64,000 nt of DNA from Anthoceros angustus. Its lineage: Eukaryota; Plantae; Anthocerotophyta. The position numbers were made by a program, and so were the translations under genes. Numbering within the stretch: the stretch's first letter is position 1; every line of letters begins with the position of its first letter. A model generated the notes under the pieces. It saw nothing but the letters and a program-made list of their open reading frames with translations, made no database searches and was not told where the DNA came from. Where the stretch lies: positions 620,001 through 684,000 of the forward strand of contig VJWM01000135.1 of assembly GCA_010909165.1 (NCBI GenBank), given 5' to 3'. This document shows positions 22,458 to 35,289 of the stretch, piece by piece.

Positions 22458-25320
22458 CTAAGATTTCTTCGCTTGCTGCGTACTGATTTTAGCCACTTCA
22501 CTTGCGGCATGTACACAATACCTCCTCTGTAGTCCTTCAACACCTGGGCCCAGCTTCTCCCGTAGCTTGATTAAGAGAAAGAAGAGAATTCGATACGCCA
22601 CAGCCTGGAGAAGCAGAATTGCAAGATTCATCCATTTGCTTCTTCCTGAATGCATTTGGAAACCTTTTCGCAGAATCTCCTCCCCTGTGATTACCCCTTG
22701 CTCCAATGAGCTAAAAGTTAGACCCAAAAAGTCGTTTTGGAACAATCCCTGTGACAGGAAACCAGGTATGTCATTCTTCCGTGCCAAGCCAATTAGTTCT
22801 CAAGCCCAAACGTCGGTACCTGATATGCGTAGGAGTGGAAACTTATGTAGTGGACGGGGTACTTCCAGACTGGCTTCGGTAGATCGTCATACAACCGGAA
22901 GAAGCCACCATCCATGATGAACACAGACTGGGAGCATTGCAATTTTTTAGGAAGGAAGGAATCTTAATTTCGACTGGAATCCAAATGCAATTAGGTAGCA
23001 ACAAACCTGGATTGCAGCCGCTATAATAATTCCCATGAGGAAGTTCGGGACCAGAGTTGCTATTGCCATCATCATGGACTCTACAACACAAACAGTGGTG
23101 AGGATGACCAAGACAAAGTAGAGGTAGTGGGAGGAGCCCCGATGTAGGCCTGTTAAGACGTACAACAATGCCCCAGAAACAAAAGAGATTATGACTAGAA
23201 ATGGTAGGGAGGCGAGTGTGTTGCTTATGATAAAAGCTCCGACTCCATAGTGCCCGTTGAGCCGCTCTCGACTGAACACCTGCATGCAGGGCAGTGATTG
23301 AAGGACATGATGGTTGTAAGCCTACTCGTCATATTGCAATGTTACAGGAGTCTAGGGAGTGCACACTGCAGAGCCTACCTTCATTTCCTCGATGAAGGAA
23401 GGGAACCCCCCAATCGCCATGAATGCCAGGAAGCTCACGATGAAGACCATGCACGACGCTCTTGCCTGCAAGTATCGTGCAGCCACTTGCTTAACGTCTG
23501 CAACGCTGGGGAGATTGCTACTGTCCTGAAGACGTCCTGCAGCCTACCTGAATTGCAGAGTAGGTGGTGCCGAGTTGGAAGAAGACGGATCCCACAGAAA
23601 TGCACAAGATGATGTACAACAAAAAGCGGAGCCAATAGTAGCCAAGGTCTCTCCACATGTTGATGAAGGACCTGCCAGTGAGTGTGAGTGTCTGACTTAA
23701 CGTGCTTGCTTCTGAGCCCGAAGACTCGAGCAAAGGTCCTTCCTGCGGCACCAGTGACAAGATCTCTGGCTATAAGAATCATGCATGGTAGGCACATCGA
23801 ACATGTAGCTGAGAATTGGGTAATGGAAATGAATCATCCACGCAGCCTGGAGGAAAGAGTTATGTGAGAGGATCACCATCTTGGAGATCTCTTGGGCCTT
23901 GACGTCAGCCCTGATTGCAAATTCCGACGTCTCGTACAGCTGCACAAGTTTTTTCACACGATCTGGTGTCGGCATTGCACGATGGGAATCAGGTTCCTCG
24001 ACATCCTCCTGCCAAGCCATGTCTTAAGACATCATTGATTCTCGAAATCAAACAGACTCAACCAGCAGTGCAGCAAGATCCTACCTCGAATTTTCGGGCA
24101 TGGGCAGGAACTCTGTCGAAGTCTTTGTTGATGGCGCGAAGGAAATGGTCAGCGGGATTTCGCCATGGTGGGCATGGCATGCCAGCATTCACGAAGTGCT
24201 GGTGGGGCCACAAGGCGAATCAATCCTGCTACCCCTCACATGTACAGGTCCTCATTTCAAACCCGATCAGGACGTGCAAATGAAGGAAAGCAGGGCTGTG
24301 ACCTGATGAGCCTCCATAGGAAAACCGAAGTAGATCGTTCTTCCCCCAGACAGAAGGATAAGGTTGTCAAAAACCTCGTACACCTCGCTGCTGGGCTGGT
24401 GGATGGAGCTAATGATGGTGCGACCATCGACAGCGAGGTTCTTCAGCGTAGTCATCACATAGAAGGCTGCAGCACTGCCCCATGATGGCCACAACAAAAC
24501 TTCAAATATCGAATGCAGAAGTCTGAAGATCCATGGTAGCTACCACAATGGTACCTGTCCAAGCCGCTGGTAGGCTCATCCAGAAACAGCAAGCGAGGCT
24601 TAGTGAGAAGCTCCACAGCGATGCTGAGCCGTCTTCTTTCACCTCCACTCAGGCCTTTCAAGTGCCAGTTGCCAACGGTGGTGTGGGCAGCGTCTCGCAG
24701 TCCCATCTCTCGGATGGTGTTGTGCACGATTTCCATCTTTTCTGCTCTGGGCAAGCTATCAGCAAGGCGGAAGAAAGCTGAAAAGCTGACTGTCTCCAGG
24801 ACAGTCAATGTCCCTAGTAAATTGTCGTCTTGGGTCACATAAGCCTGCAATCCAGCCGCAGTGCAGGAGGCATGAGACATTTTGAGCCACGTTCTCCAAA
24901 TTGCATCAACGCAAGGCAGGCAGCAGGCCTTACAGCTACACCATAGCTCAGCTGTTGGCGGTGGCCGTTTAGAAAAATGTCTCCTGTCCTTCTGGCATGT
25001 TTGGACAGTCTCCCTGATAGCCGTATTAGATGACTAGATGGAAGCAACCAGTTGCAATTCATATTGGATTTGCGTGCCGTGACACATGGAGAAGTACCTG
25101 CAAGGGTGTCGAGCAGAGTGGATTTGCCGGAGCCTGAAGGACCCATGATAGCCGTAATGCTGCCGGGCTCTGCGTAGCCGGTCAGACCTTCCAGCAGCGT
25201 GGTGCCTCCATCTTCACCTCCAGTCGCCCCACGAATTGTGACTTTGAGATTTCTCCAAGCCAAGTGAGCGCCAGTTGCAACTGGCTTTGCTGGCATTTCA
25301 AGCTGCAAGGGAGAATCCAT
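22458..25320 (-). CDS. ABCG half-size transporter, ABCG11/WBC11-like
   Basis: [80 protein letters not shown]. The exons join in frame. Confidence 0.95.
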
Positions 25321-26274
25321 GGAAATGGGATTTCACTCGGCGTACAGACAACGCCTTTATCACAGAACCCGATGGGACTGGAGATTTGCAAAGCGATGGA
25401 GTAGGTGTGTGATGCTGTGCGAGCCTGCATGTGCACTGATTTCAAGCATTCTTCTAGTCCATCAGTTGGTAAGTGCATTCTGGAGTCTGGATTGACGAGA
25501 GAAAGCAGCGTTGCTTCGTTAGCTGCCGGCATTTCAAAGATGAGTGTGCAGGAATCCGCTGTAGTCTGCTCTCAATGGAAATGTCCATCTAACTAGAAAA
25601 GGGGAAAAGAACAAGTAGCGGCGATGGCAGCTGAACAGGACACTGGAAGGATTACACGAGTCGGCTGCTGCTCTGTAACGTCCGTTTTGGATTTTTGTGG
25701 TTTCCGGAGATACTGAAGCCTGTTGGCGGGAAGCACACGTACACAGTACAGCACCGTACAGGCGGGGTGCCTCTGGGATGCGCCCAAAGTGATATTCTTG
25801 TCTCGATCCAGTTGTTCACCACTTCGTCACAGGTTGCTTTTGATAGTTGATACAGAAAATCCGACTACGTACCCGTCGGGGCAAGAGTGTTGGACAGCAG
25901 AGACATGGACGCTCTGAACCGAACGGAGCTACCTAACATGAATTCATTTGGGCTGAAATGTCCCCATAGATGCCCCGTTTCCCCAAGTTCTTGAGATCAA
26001 TACATTGCGAATTCGAAGAACATTTGCCGACTCAATCATCCATTGGGCATCGTCCTGGTGCCACTGCTTCACAAGCTCCAGTGTCGCCCTTCAAGCCACA
26101 CACAAGGGTATTTCAGCACCAACATAGAGTGCCTTCAAGGAAAACAAAAGAACATGGTTCAAAAGAGGGAGACAGACAAGGGCGGCAAAACCGTCAGGCC
26201 TCGAAATCGACAGACGCCATCCTCCCGCCCAGAAAAACTCTTGCCTGCCAATCGCGCTCATTCCAAGGGACATA

Positions 26275-27794
26275 TCACTTGTAGTAAAGGAAGAGGGGAC
26301 GGTTAAATCCTGCTATGCTATCCTTCACCCCTGACGCTATTTGCTCGTATGACTTGAATCCAATCTGTGCAAGGAGAGAAGATTCAATTTCCCTGGCAGA
26401 CAGCTGCAAAGCATGAAGAGAGAATCAAGAGGGACAACCACTAGTACTGTCAGGTTGATGTGTGTGCCCACCTTATCTATCAGAAGCTCTGGGAAATTGT
26501 CAGGCCTGAGTTGGATCTCCTTGAAATTCTTCTTACAAACCTCAGATACACGCCTTTTTTTGACATATGATGACCATGGTTGTGGTTCTACCACCAGCAT
26601 GCCCCCCTGCAAATGATTAGTCCACAACGCGAGGTTCAGAGAAAGCTCTGGACATCAACCAACGGTAAAACAGCACATCCATACATGAGAAATACCGGCC
26701 GAAGTACACGGTGGATTTTTGCAAAAAACAGTATGAGTCCTTCGTCGCCCCAATTTAAGTGGATCCATTTGGTCACGCTCAAGCTGCATTTCGTCCCATA
26801 ACAAGGCATACTGACTGCTCAGAGAAATATCGCAGACAGACAGAGAAAGAAACCGCATCCTGTTCACAGTGAAGACGAACTTGACATTTATCCACCAAGG
26901 CTAGAGTTGGATCTCACCACAACACGGTGTCATACAGGCCTTCATGAGCCGGAGTCTCAATGAAGTTCTCCCGTCTGAATGAAACTGCCTGGGCCAGCTG
27001 CTCTCCACTTAGAGCTGCGGTTGAAGCAGTCTGTGGACCGGTACTCCTGCCAACCCTATCTTTGATGTGCTCCGGCTCCTCTCCAGCCGGCCCTGGGTCT
27101 GAAGCACGGATGTCTGTGCCTGAATCTCCCTCAACCTCGTTCTTAAGATGTCGACGGGCTTTACATACCAACCCTAAATTTCACAACACGAGAAGGCATG
27201 AGCAGACGGTAGCAAGACAGAACTCTTATTCCAGGTTAGGCGAACATCAACCTTACCGGCATCTATATCCACTCCCACGATGCTTTTACAGCCAAACTTC
27301 TGCGCTGAAAACACCACATGTCAGAACGACTTTCCAATGATGTGCCATAAGCCTTTCCACCACAAGAAGCAGGAAGTAGCCCCCACACCTATCGTTATTG
27401 TCACATAACCCTCGTTGCAGCCAATATCCAAACAAACCTTCCCTTCAAACCATTCCTTCCTCAACACCTTCAGTCGCGGATCTTCATCCAGAAGCTCCCC
27501 AATCTGAACACATACGACAACGAAACCGACAAAACAAAACCAAAATTAGCTCGCAACAAGCCTAGCAAGCATTCCGATTCTCTTGTGTGGCTAGGAGGAG
27601 CTTCAAACTCCGCAATAGCGGGAGTCAAGTGATGCAGAGCAGACGCGCACCCGATAGCCATAGTACCGAGTGTAATTGCCATAGACGAAAGCTTCCTTTT
27701 GCGCCTTCCGCTTTCGATTCTTGTGGCCATTGGCGGCGGCTGCAACAGTCCGTTTCTCAGTTGCCGCTGCCCCGTGACAGGCTTTCGCGGCCAT
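26275..27794 (-). CDS. Bin3/MePCE/BCDIN3-like SAM-dependent RNA methyltransferase
   Basis: YGNYTRYYGYR, DPRL, CLDIGCNEG, VGVDID, TKWIHLNWGDEGL, LVVEPQPWSSY, GFNRPL. Confidence 0.92.
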
Positions 27795-28399
27795 CAGCTG
27801 GCGATACGAACTTCCAAGGATTCTAAACTGCTCCCTTTCTTACAGCCGTGAATGCTCCTTAAATGTCTATGCAATAAAATGTCCTCCATACCTAAACCGA
27901 GTTCACACAAGGCTACCAGGTGTAGTACCGTACTTTTATGCCTCTGAGGACAATATGGACATATCCAGATACGAGTGCCATACTAAGAACATACCAAACA
28001 GAGTGGTGCAAACTCCCAAGATATCCTGCATACACGAAGACACTGAGTTTTGTTGTTGGACATCGAGGTCGGTTGGAATTCAGTGTGCTGACAGGAGAGT
28101 TGTCACAAAAATCTGTACACAACTTCCACTTTCAAAAACAGCTTCACTACAGGATGTAAGTTGTCAATCAATCGTGTAGGACGACTCCTCACACATTTGT
28201 ACATAGAGCAAGACTGATGTCTTTTGCGTCTCTGCAAACGAGTTGACAAAGTATCTGACAATGTTTGATGCAAGAAAACAAGGTGTCTAAGTAGAGAAAA
28301 TTCGAAACATAGGCACACCTGCTCCAAGCAAGCTAGCCTCATGCTTTCGCACTGTGCCTTCAGACTATGAGCTTATGCCCACCAACCCACTTGCGTGCG

Positions 28400-31300
28400 T
28401 CAGACTCCTTGAAGTGTGAGGTTCAACTTGTTCAAGACAGCATACAATGAGGCTGTTTCAGGATGGCTGCGGTCTCCCACCACAAACGTGTGCACCTCAT
28501 CCCCATGCTCAATCCAGCTCTGACCAGGCTTCTTCCATGCACCTGCTCTCTCTCTCAACTCATCGATTTCGCTTGCATGGCTCCACATTCCAGCATTTGC
28601 ATAGACATTAGACATTAAGACATAGGCAGCAGCTTCTTTTGGTTCTACACCTACAGCACCGTCAAATGCCCGCCTTGCCATTGCGACATCACCATGCTTC
28701 CTGCATGCTCCCAGAAATGACATCCATACAGGCAGCTTCGGTTGCATTGGCATCCTTGACAGGAGATCCTCTGCTTTGCTAAGGAGTCCAGCACGGCCGA
28801 CAAGATCAATCACGCAGGCAAAATGCTCCACTTCAGGGGAAATGCCGTGTACTTTGTTCATGCTGTCGAAGTAGGCCAGGCCTCTGTCCACCATGCCGGC
28901 ATGACTACATGCTGACAGGACTGCCAGGAATGTGACTTCATCTGGCTTCACACCTGCCAGGAGCATGGCTTCATACAACTGGATACTTGTCTCACAATCT
29001 CCTTGGCGAGCATGTCCAGCAATGAGAGCGGTCCATGACACCACATTCGGGTTAGGGAGGGATTGAAATACATGCTGCGCGTCCACCATGCTCCCACATC
29101 TGCCATACGCATGTATCAGACTGTTCACCACCAAATGGCTGCAATGAAACCCTTTCTCCATAATTTGGGCATGGATTTGCCTGCACCTATCCAAGGCTCC
29201 TGTGTTGCTGCATGCTTCTAGGACACAAATGAAGGTGGACTTTTCCGCTTGCAAGCCCTCCAGTTGCATTTCAGCAAACATCTGCAAGGCCTTTTCTCCT
29301 TGGTCCTGCTTGGCATACCCTCCAATCATAGCTGTCCATGAAACCGCATCCCGACGGTGCAATCCGTCGAATACATGACGTGCATTTTGCACACTCCCAC
29401 ATTTCGCATACATGCTAACCAAAGTACTCCCAACAAACATGTCCGACTCATAGCCAAGCCTAGCAGCTTCTGCATGTATTTCCCTGCCCTTCCGAAGGGA
29501 TTCAGCTTTCACATGCTGCCCATGTGCAACTGAACTCTCCTCTTCCTCTGCAAGGGTGCCACATGCTTGCAGAGCACTGACAAAGGTCCGATCATCTGGA
29601 CCAATGCCTTTTTCTTGCATTTGCCTGTATATCTGCAGGGCTGTCTCTCCTTGGCCGTGCTGTGCATACGCTGTAAGCATTGCATTCCACACCTTTACAT
29701 CAGGCTCGGACAAGGTGTCAAACACCTGTTGAGCATCCAATATGCTCCCACACTTTAGGTACATACTGATCAGGGCGCAACAGACAAACATGTCTGACCC
29801 GTAACCCAGGTGGATAGCATCTGCATAGATCCTTTTGCCCTTTTGCAGCGACTCCATTTTGATATTTTGCCCGCACAGAAGTCTACTGTCCTCCAATTCT
29901 GCAAGGGTGCCACAAGCATCTAGAGCGCTGACAAGAGTCCGAGCATTCAGCCTCACGCCATCCTCCTGAATTTTTGAATAAAGCTGCAGGGCCTTCTCTC
30001 CTTCCCCCTGCTGAGCATACCCTGCAAGCATTGCATTCCATGAAACGATATTGGGCTGGGACAATTTGCAGAACACATGTTCAGAATCCTTGATGCTACC
30101 ACACCTTGCGTACATGCTAATCAAAGTATTACTGACATACACATCTGAATCAAGACCTCTCCTAGCAGCTGCAGCATGTATTTCCTTCCCCTTCTGCAGA
30201 GGATTCAATTTGACTTGTTGACCATAAAAGTCCCCAGTTTCCACCTTCTCTGCAAGTATAGAACATGCTTGGACAGCACTGGCGAATATCCATGCATCTG
30301 GGCTCACACCTTCCTCTTGCATTTGAGCATAGAGCTCTAAGGCCTTTTCTCCTTTGCCCCGCTGAATATATCCTCCAATCATAGCCGTCCAGGACACTAC
30401 ATCTCGCTGTGACAATCTATCAAAGACGAGCTTTGCATCCTTGTTACTCCCACACTTTGTGTAGACACTGACCAAAGCGCTACAAACAAACACATCTGTT
30501 CCACAACCCAGACGAGCAGCTTCAGCATGTAGCTCCTTGCCCTGCTGGAGAGAGTTAAATTTGACATTGAGCCCATCAAGGTGTCCACTGTCCTCCTGTT
30601 CTGCTATGGTGCCACAAGCTAGAAGAGCACCAACAAGGGTCCGAGCATCTGGCCTGACACCTTCTTTATGCATTTCCGCATACATGTTCAAGGCCTCATT
30701 TCCAAGGTTCTGATGGGCATATGCTGCTATCAGCGAATTCCAGGACACCAAATCTCTCTGCACCAACGTGTCAAACACGCGTCTGGCATCGTTAATGCTG
30801 CCACACTTTGCAAACACAGTAACCGAAGTGTTACCAACAAACACGTCCGATCCAAACCCCATTTGCACAGCCTCAGCATGCAGTTTTCGCCCCATTTGCA
30901 GTGACACCACTTTGACATTTTGCCCGTTTTCCAGTCCACTTTCCTCCTTTTCTGCAAGAATGCCACATGCTTGGAGAGCACTGACAAATGTGCGGGCATC
31001 AGGCCTGACTCCTTCCTCCTGCATTTGTCCATAAAGCTGCAGGATCTTGTCACCTTGGCCATGCTGCGCATATGCTGCAAGCATTGCATTCCACAGCACT
31101 GGATCGTGCCTGGGCAAGCTGTCAAAAACCCTCTGCGCCTCCATGATGCTCCCAGATTTTGCATACATAGTGACCAGTATGCTACCCACAACGACATCAG
31201 ACTGAAAGCCCAGTCTCTGGACATCAGAATGAATGCACTTGCCCTCTTCGAGGTCTCGTAACATACTACATGTTTTAAGTAAGCTGACAATCGTATACTT

Positions 31301-32214
31301 GTCAGGCTGCACTCCTTCCAGTTGCATCTGCTTATAGCTTGACAAAGCTTGCCGATACTGTCCAGCATTGCTATACCCTGAAATGATGGCTGTCCAAGAA
31401 AAAGCTGTTCTGTGAGACAAACTCCGAAACAAATGGAGACCATCAGCAAGACCTCCACAGTTGACCAGAGTGGTAACCACAAGTTCGCTTAGAAATGCAT
31501 TTGCCTCGAGCCCACGGTTTTCCAAATGAGCGTTTACTCTCCTGGCCACACCAAGGGACTTCTTCTTCATACATGCCTGCAAAACTTTCTTGTAGATGGA
31601 AGGAGATGGCGGTCTGCCTTGCTGATCCACCAGGACCAGGGCATCCATGGCCTTGTCCAGCTGTCCCTCCTTGCATAGTCTTTCAATGTCAGAAGCAATT
31701 CCACATGAAATCTGTAACCTGCACTCCCCAACCAGTGAGTTGGAAAAATCAGCCTGAATATAACTTTGCAACCAGATGTGCTGACAACAGAAGCCGACTA
31801 CCTTTCATCCGCAGAGGTGCAGGGAAATGCAAATCCATGAGGACCTCCATCCGCAATTTGGAATTCAGAATCGAGAATGGCTAACTGAGACTCCACCCAC
31901 GGAGGATTAGATGGGTTGTTTAACCAGAGGAGCTCCTTGGTCGTCTTGTGCCTGAAGTCAGGATGGCGGGGGCTTCTCTGCACGCAAAGAATCCGAGTCA
32001 GTCCAGGAAAATACTGCTTCCTTGTCAACACATTTGACTGAACGGCAAAGGTAGCTTGACATGGTTGAAGTGGTGGGTTATGAAGACTGCGAACGTGCCT
32101 TGTCCCTCCGATTGTCCCACCACTGGTGGGGATCGTAAAATAACTTGTGCCACAGCAGGTCCATTGACATCGACGCCCTGGCGGTGATTCCGATCCAACA
32201 AAGAACGCGCGCAT
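28400..32214 (-). CDS. PLS-class PPR editing factor with five long (LL-type) L motifs, E domains and canonical PG box, no deaminase domain
   Basis: 1123-codon ORF 31771-28400 ending WKKPGQSWIE...VHTFVVGD..HPE. An in-phase 83-nt intron (31801-31719) links it to an upstream exon with ATG at 32214 (or 32355); the start is tentative. Confidence 0.9.
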
Positions 32215-32272
32215 GTAACCTTCACAATGCCTGCATTGAGATTCCGGGAGCAGGTAGGGTCTACTCCAGGAA

Positions 32273-34600
32273 ATGGATGTGGGCAATTTGATTTGTGCAA
32301 CTGGCCCAGCTGCTAGTGCACGAGAGCTGGGTTTTGCGTTCAGCCTTGACTCCATATGTTCAGATCATGCTTCTGGGAATCATGCCTGCCTGGCCCGTTG
32401 CGCTTCTTTTACACACAAGGCGACAGGGCCGCTTGTGGCAACAGCTTTCGTGGACTCATCGAAGAGATATCCATGCACTAACAGGGGCTCTAGAAAGAGC
32501 TCCTACAGGATAGCTGCTCTGCTGGGTCCTGCAGATATGAAGATGGGTCGTGGTGCCCCCGCACTTAGGTGGAGCGTGACGGATGATACGGATGATACTG
32601 ATGATACTCGAAGGCCTGCAGGGTACGAAAGGGAAGTCATGGCTGAAACCGTGAACAAGCTATGTCAGCAGGGGCATCTCCATGAGGCTGTTGAGGGTGT
32701 GGGCGTTTTGGTTCAAACAAATTGTCGTATTTCTAAGTCTCTCTTCTATACTATCGTGAAGAAATGTATCGTTCAGAAGGATCTGGTTTGGGGCCGCCGG
32801 GTCCATGCTCTCACCGTGAAAAAGGGCTATGACACGGGCACGTTCCTCTGCAACCACATCCTGCGAATGTATGCTTCTCATGGCAGATTGCAGGAAGCGA
32901 TGGATGTGTTCACCGTGGTTGCTGAACCAGATGTCTTCATGTGGTCTTCCATAATCTCAGCACATGTTAAACATGGACAAGATAAGCTGGCCATACAGCT
33001 GTATCACCATTTGCGCAGGTCGGGTGTAAAACCAGATGGCCATGTGTTTGTGTCAGCTCTTCAGGCTTGTGCAAGGGGCACAGACTTGGAAACTGGACAG
33101 CAGGTGCATGCTGATGTGTTGGCCAGTGGAGTTGCGCCTGATCTTTTTGTTTATAACTGCTTGGTGGACATGTATGCAAAGTGTGGCAGCCTGGAAGACG
33201 CTCAAAGAGTGTTTCAAGGACTGAGTAACAAAGATGTGGTTACTTGGACGGCTCTCATCGCAGGATATTCCCAGCAGGGCATGGGTCAGGAGGCCCTTCA
33301 TCTTTACAGTGCTATGCAAGAAGGAGGACTTACTGTACCCAATTCAGTGACATTCGTGTGCCTCCTGCAAGCATGTGCAACTGTGGGCACCCGCGCTTTA
33401 GAGACTGGAAAGCAGCTGCATGCACAGATCAGAGAACGAGTGCTTGAGGCTGATGGGCTTATAGGCAATAGTTTGGTAAATATGTATGCAAAGTGTGGCA
33501 GCTTGGAAGACGCTCAAAGAACGTTTGACAGGCTTACCCAGAAAGATTTGGTTGCGTGGAATGTTATGATTGCAGCATATGCAAACTTGGGCAGCTTAGA
33601 GGATGCGCAGCTTGTGTTTGACAGACTTAGTCAGAAAAATGTGGTTACGTGGAATGTGATGATAACAGCATATTCCCAGCAAGGCATGGGGCACGAAGCA
33701 CTTCGTCTTTACAGGACGATGAGAGAGGAGGGCATGGTTGCACCCAATTCTGTGACATATGTGTGCCTCCTACAGGCTTGTGCAAATGTGGCAGCACTGC
33801 ATCTTGGAAGGCAGCTTCATGCAGAGATTGTAGAACAGGGCCTTCAAGCCGACGATGTGCTCGTAGCTGTCAGTTTGATTAACATGTATGCAAAGTGTGG
33901 GAGCATGCTTGACGCACAGCAGATCTTTGAGGCATTGCCTGAAAGAGCCGTTGTCGCCTGGAATGCACTTATTGCAGGCTACACTCGGCAAGGAAACAAG
34001 GCACAGGTCTTTGACTTGTTTCACAGAATGGGAGAGGATGGCATACAGCCAGACGGCGTCACATTTCTTAGTGTGCTGACAGTATGCAGTCATGTGGGTC
34101 TCGTGGAACAAGGGAGGGAGTCCTTTGAGATAATGACCAAACAGTATGGCATTTCCCCCACGGCAGAGCACTACACATGCATGGTGGATCTGCTCGGTCG
34201 TGCAGGCCAACTGGAGGAGGCACTAGCATTGGCACGGAAAATGCCTGGCATCCCTGATGCTGCAGTCTGGCACAATCTGTTGGGTGCTTGTCGAAAGTGG
34301 AGCAACATAGAGGTTGGACGCCATGCTTTCAATGAAGCAGTGAACCTGCACAAGAAAGATGCAACAGCATATGTGATGATGTCGAACATATACGCCAGTG
34401 CACAGATGTGGCAACAGGCACAGCAGGTGCAAGCGAGGAGAAAAGAAATTGGAGCATGGAAGCAGCCAGGCCAGAGCTGGTGGACAGACATGGATGGACT
34501 GGTGCACTCTTTTCTGGTGGGGGACACAAAGCACTCCGAGAGTGAGGGCATATACGAAATGCTAGATCATCTGTGTTCCAAAATGAACTGGGAAGGTTAG
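32273..34600 (+). CDS. PLS-class PPR editing factor, WW-type PG box, no deaminase domain; paralogue of 17718-19898
   Basis: Intronless 775 aa. Shares WKQPGQSWWTDMDGLVHSFLVGD exactly with the paralogue and has one extra S-type motif. Confidence 0.93.
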   Translation: MDVGNLICATGPAASARELGFAFSLDSICSDHASGNHACLARCASFTHKATGPLVATAFVDSSKRYPCTNRGSRKSSYRIAALLGPADMKMGRGAPALRWSVTDDTDDTDDTRRPAGYEREVMAETVNKLCQQGHLHEAVEGVGVLVQTNCRISKSLFYTIVKKCIVQKDLVWGRRVHALTVKKGYDTGTFLCNHILRMYASHGRLQEAMDVFTVVAEPDVFMWSSIISAHVKHGQDKLAIQLYHHLRRSGVKPDGHVFVSALQACARGTDLETGQQVHADVLASGVAPDLFVYNCLVDMYAKCGSLEDAQRVFQGLSNKDVVTWTALIAGYSQQGMGQEALHLYSAMQEGGLTVPNSVTFVCLLQACATVGTRALETGKQLHAQIRERVLEADGLIGNSLVNMYAKCGSLEDAQRTFDRLTQKDLVAWNVMIAAYANLGSLEDAQLVFDRLSQKNVVTWNVMITAYSQQGMGHEALRLYRTMREEGMVAPNSVTYVCLLQACANVAALHLGRQLHAEIVEQGLQADDVLVAVSLINMYAKCGSMLDAQQIFEALPERAVVAWNALIAGYTRQGNKAQVFDLFHRMGEDGIQPDGVTFLSVLTVCSHVGLVEQGRESFEIMTKQYGISPTAEHYTCMVDLLGRAGQLEEALALARKMPGIPDAAVWHNLLGACRKWSNIEVGRHAFNEAVNLHKKDATAYVMMSNIYASAQMWQQAQQVQARRKEIGAWKQPGQSWWTDMDGLVHSFLVGDTKHSESEGIYEMLDHLCSKMNWEG

Positions 34601-35289
34601 GGGCCACAGCTGCAGGTGTTGTTTGGGGACGTATTCGATGGTGGGTTTGAATCTGAAGGCTTTGCATGCGTGTAAGGAACCACGCCGACACATTTTCCCT
34701 ACCACAGTGGGTCTGAGTGTACATAGTAAGTGGCTGCAGTTTTGAAAGGGCAAACAGATGACTTGGTTGTACATACATCTACAAAACTATCGTGCACAAC
34801 TGGTCGAGGACGATTTTTTTTTAGCCAACTAGTCTGCAAAACGCACGATGGCGTGGTAACTAACAGACACAGTGGACTCGAGCTAGGCATAGGTTAGAAC
34901 CATTCAAGCGGTGGAGATGGAAGGACATGCCATGGGCCTGGCCTGAGATTGAATCATGAGGCTCAGCCTGAGTCTGAGCCAAATGATCGGATAATAAAAG
35001 TAAATATTTTTGAAAAGCAACGCTTTTTGTTGCCTCTCCAGAAGGGATGATAAGTTACCTCAAACTTGGTCCATTACAAATTGTATAAAGCTTTAGTGCA
35101 ACAATGACTTTGGATTCTTCAAGGACTAACAAACATAATCATGAGGACTAGCCATCTAAAGGAGTAAAGTGTTAAACTTGGAATGGCTCTCGAACTTGGA
35201 TTGAAACTATCGCAATACTTTTTCCTGCAGTATGGTTTGCTTGCGAAAAAAAATGATGATGAATATAGCAAACAGCTATTTTTTATTTT

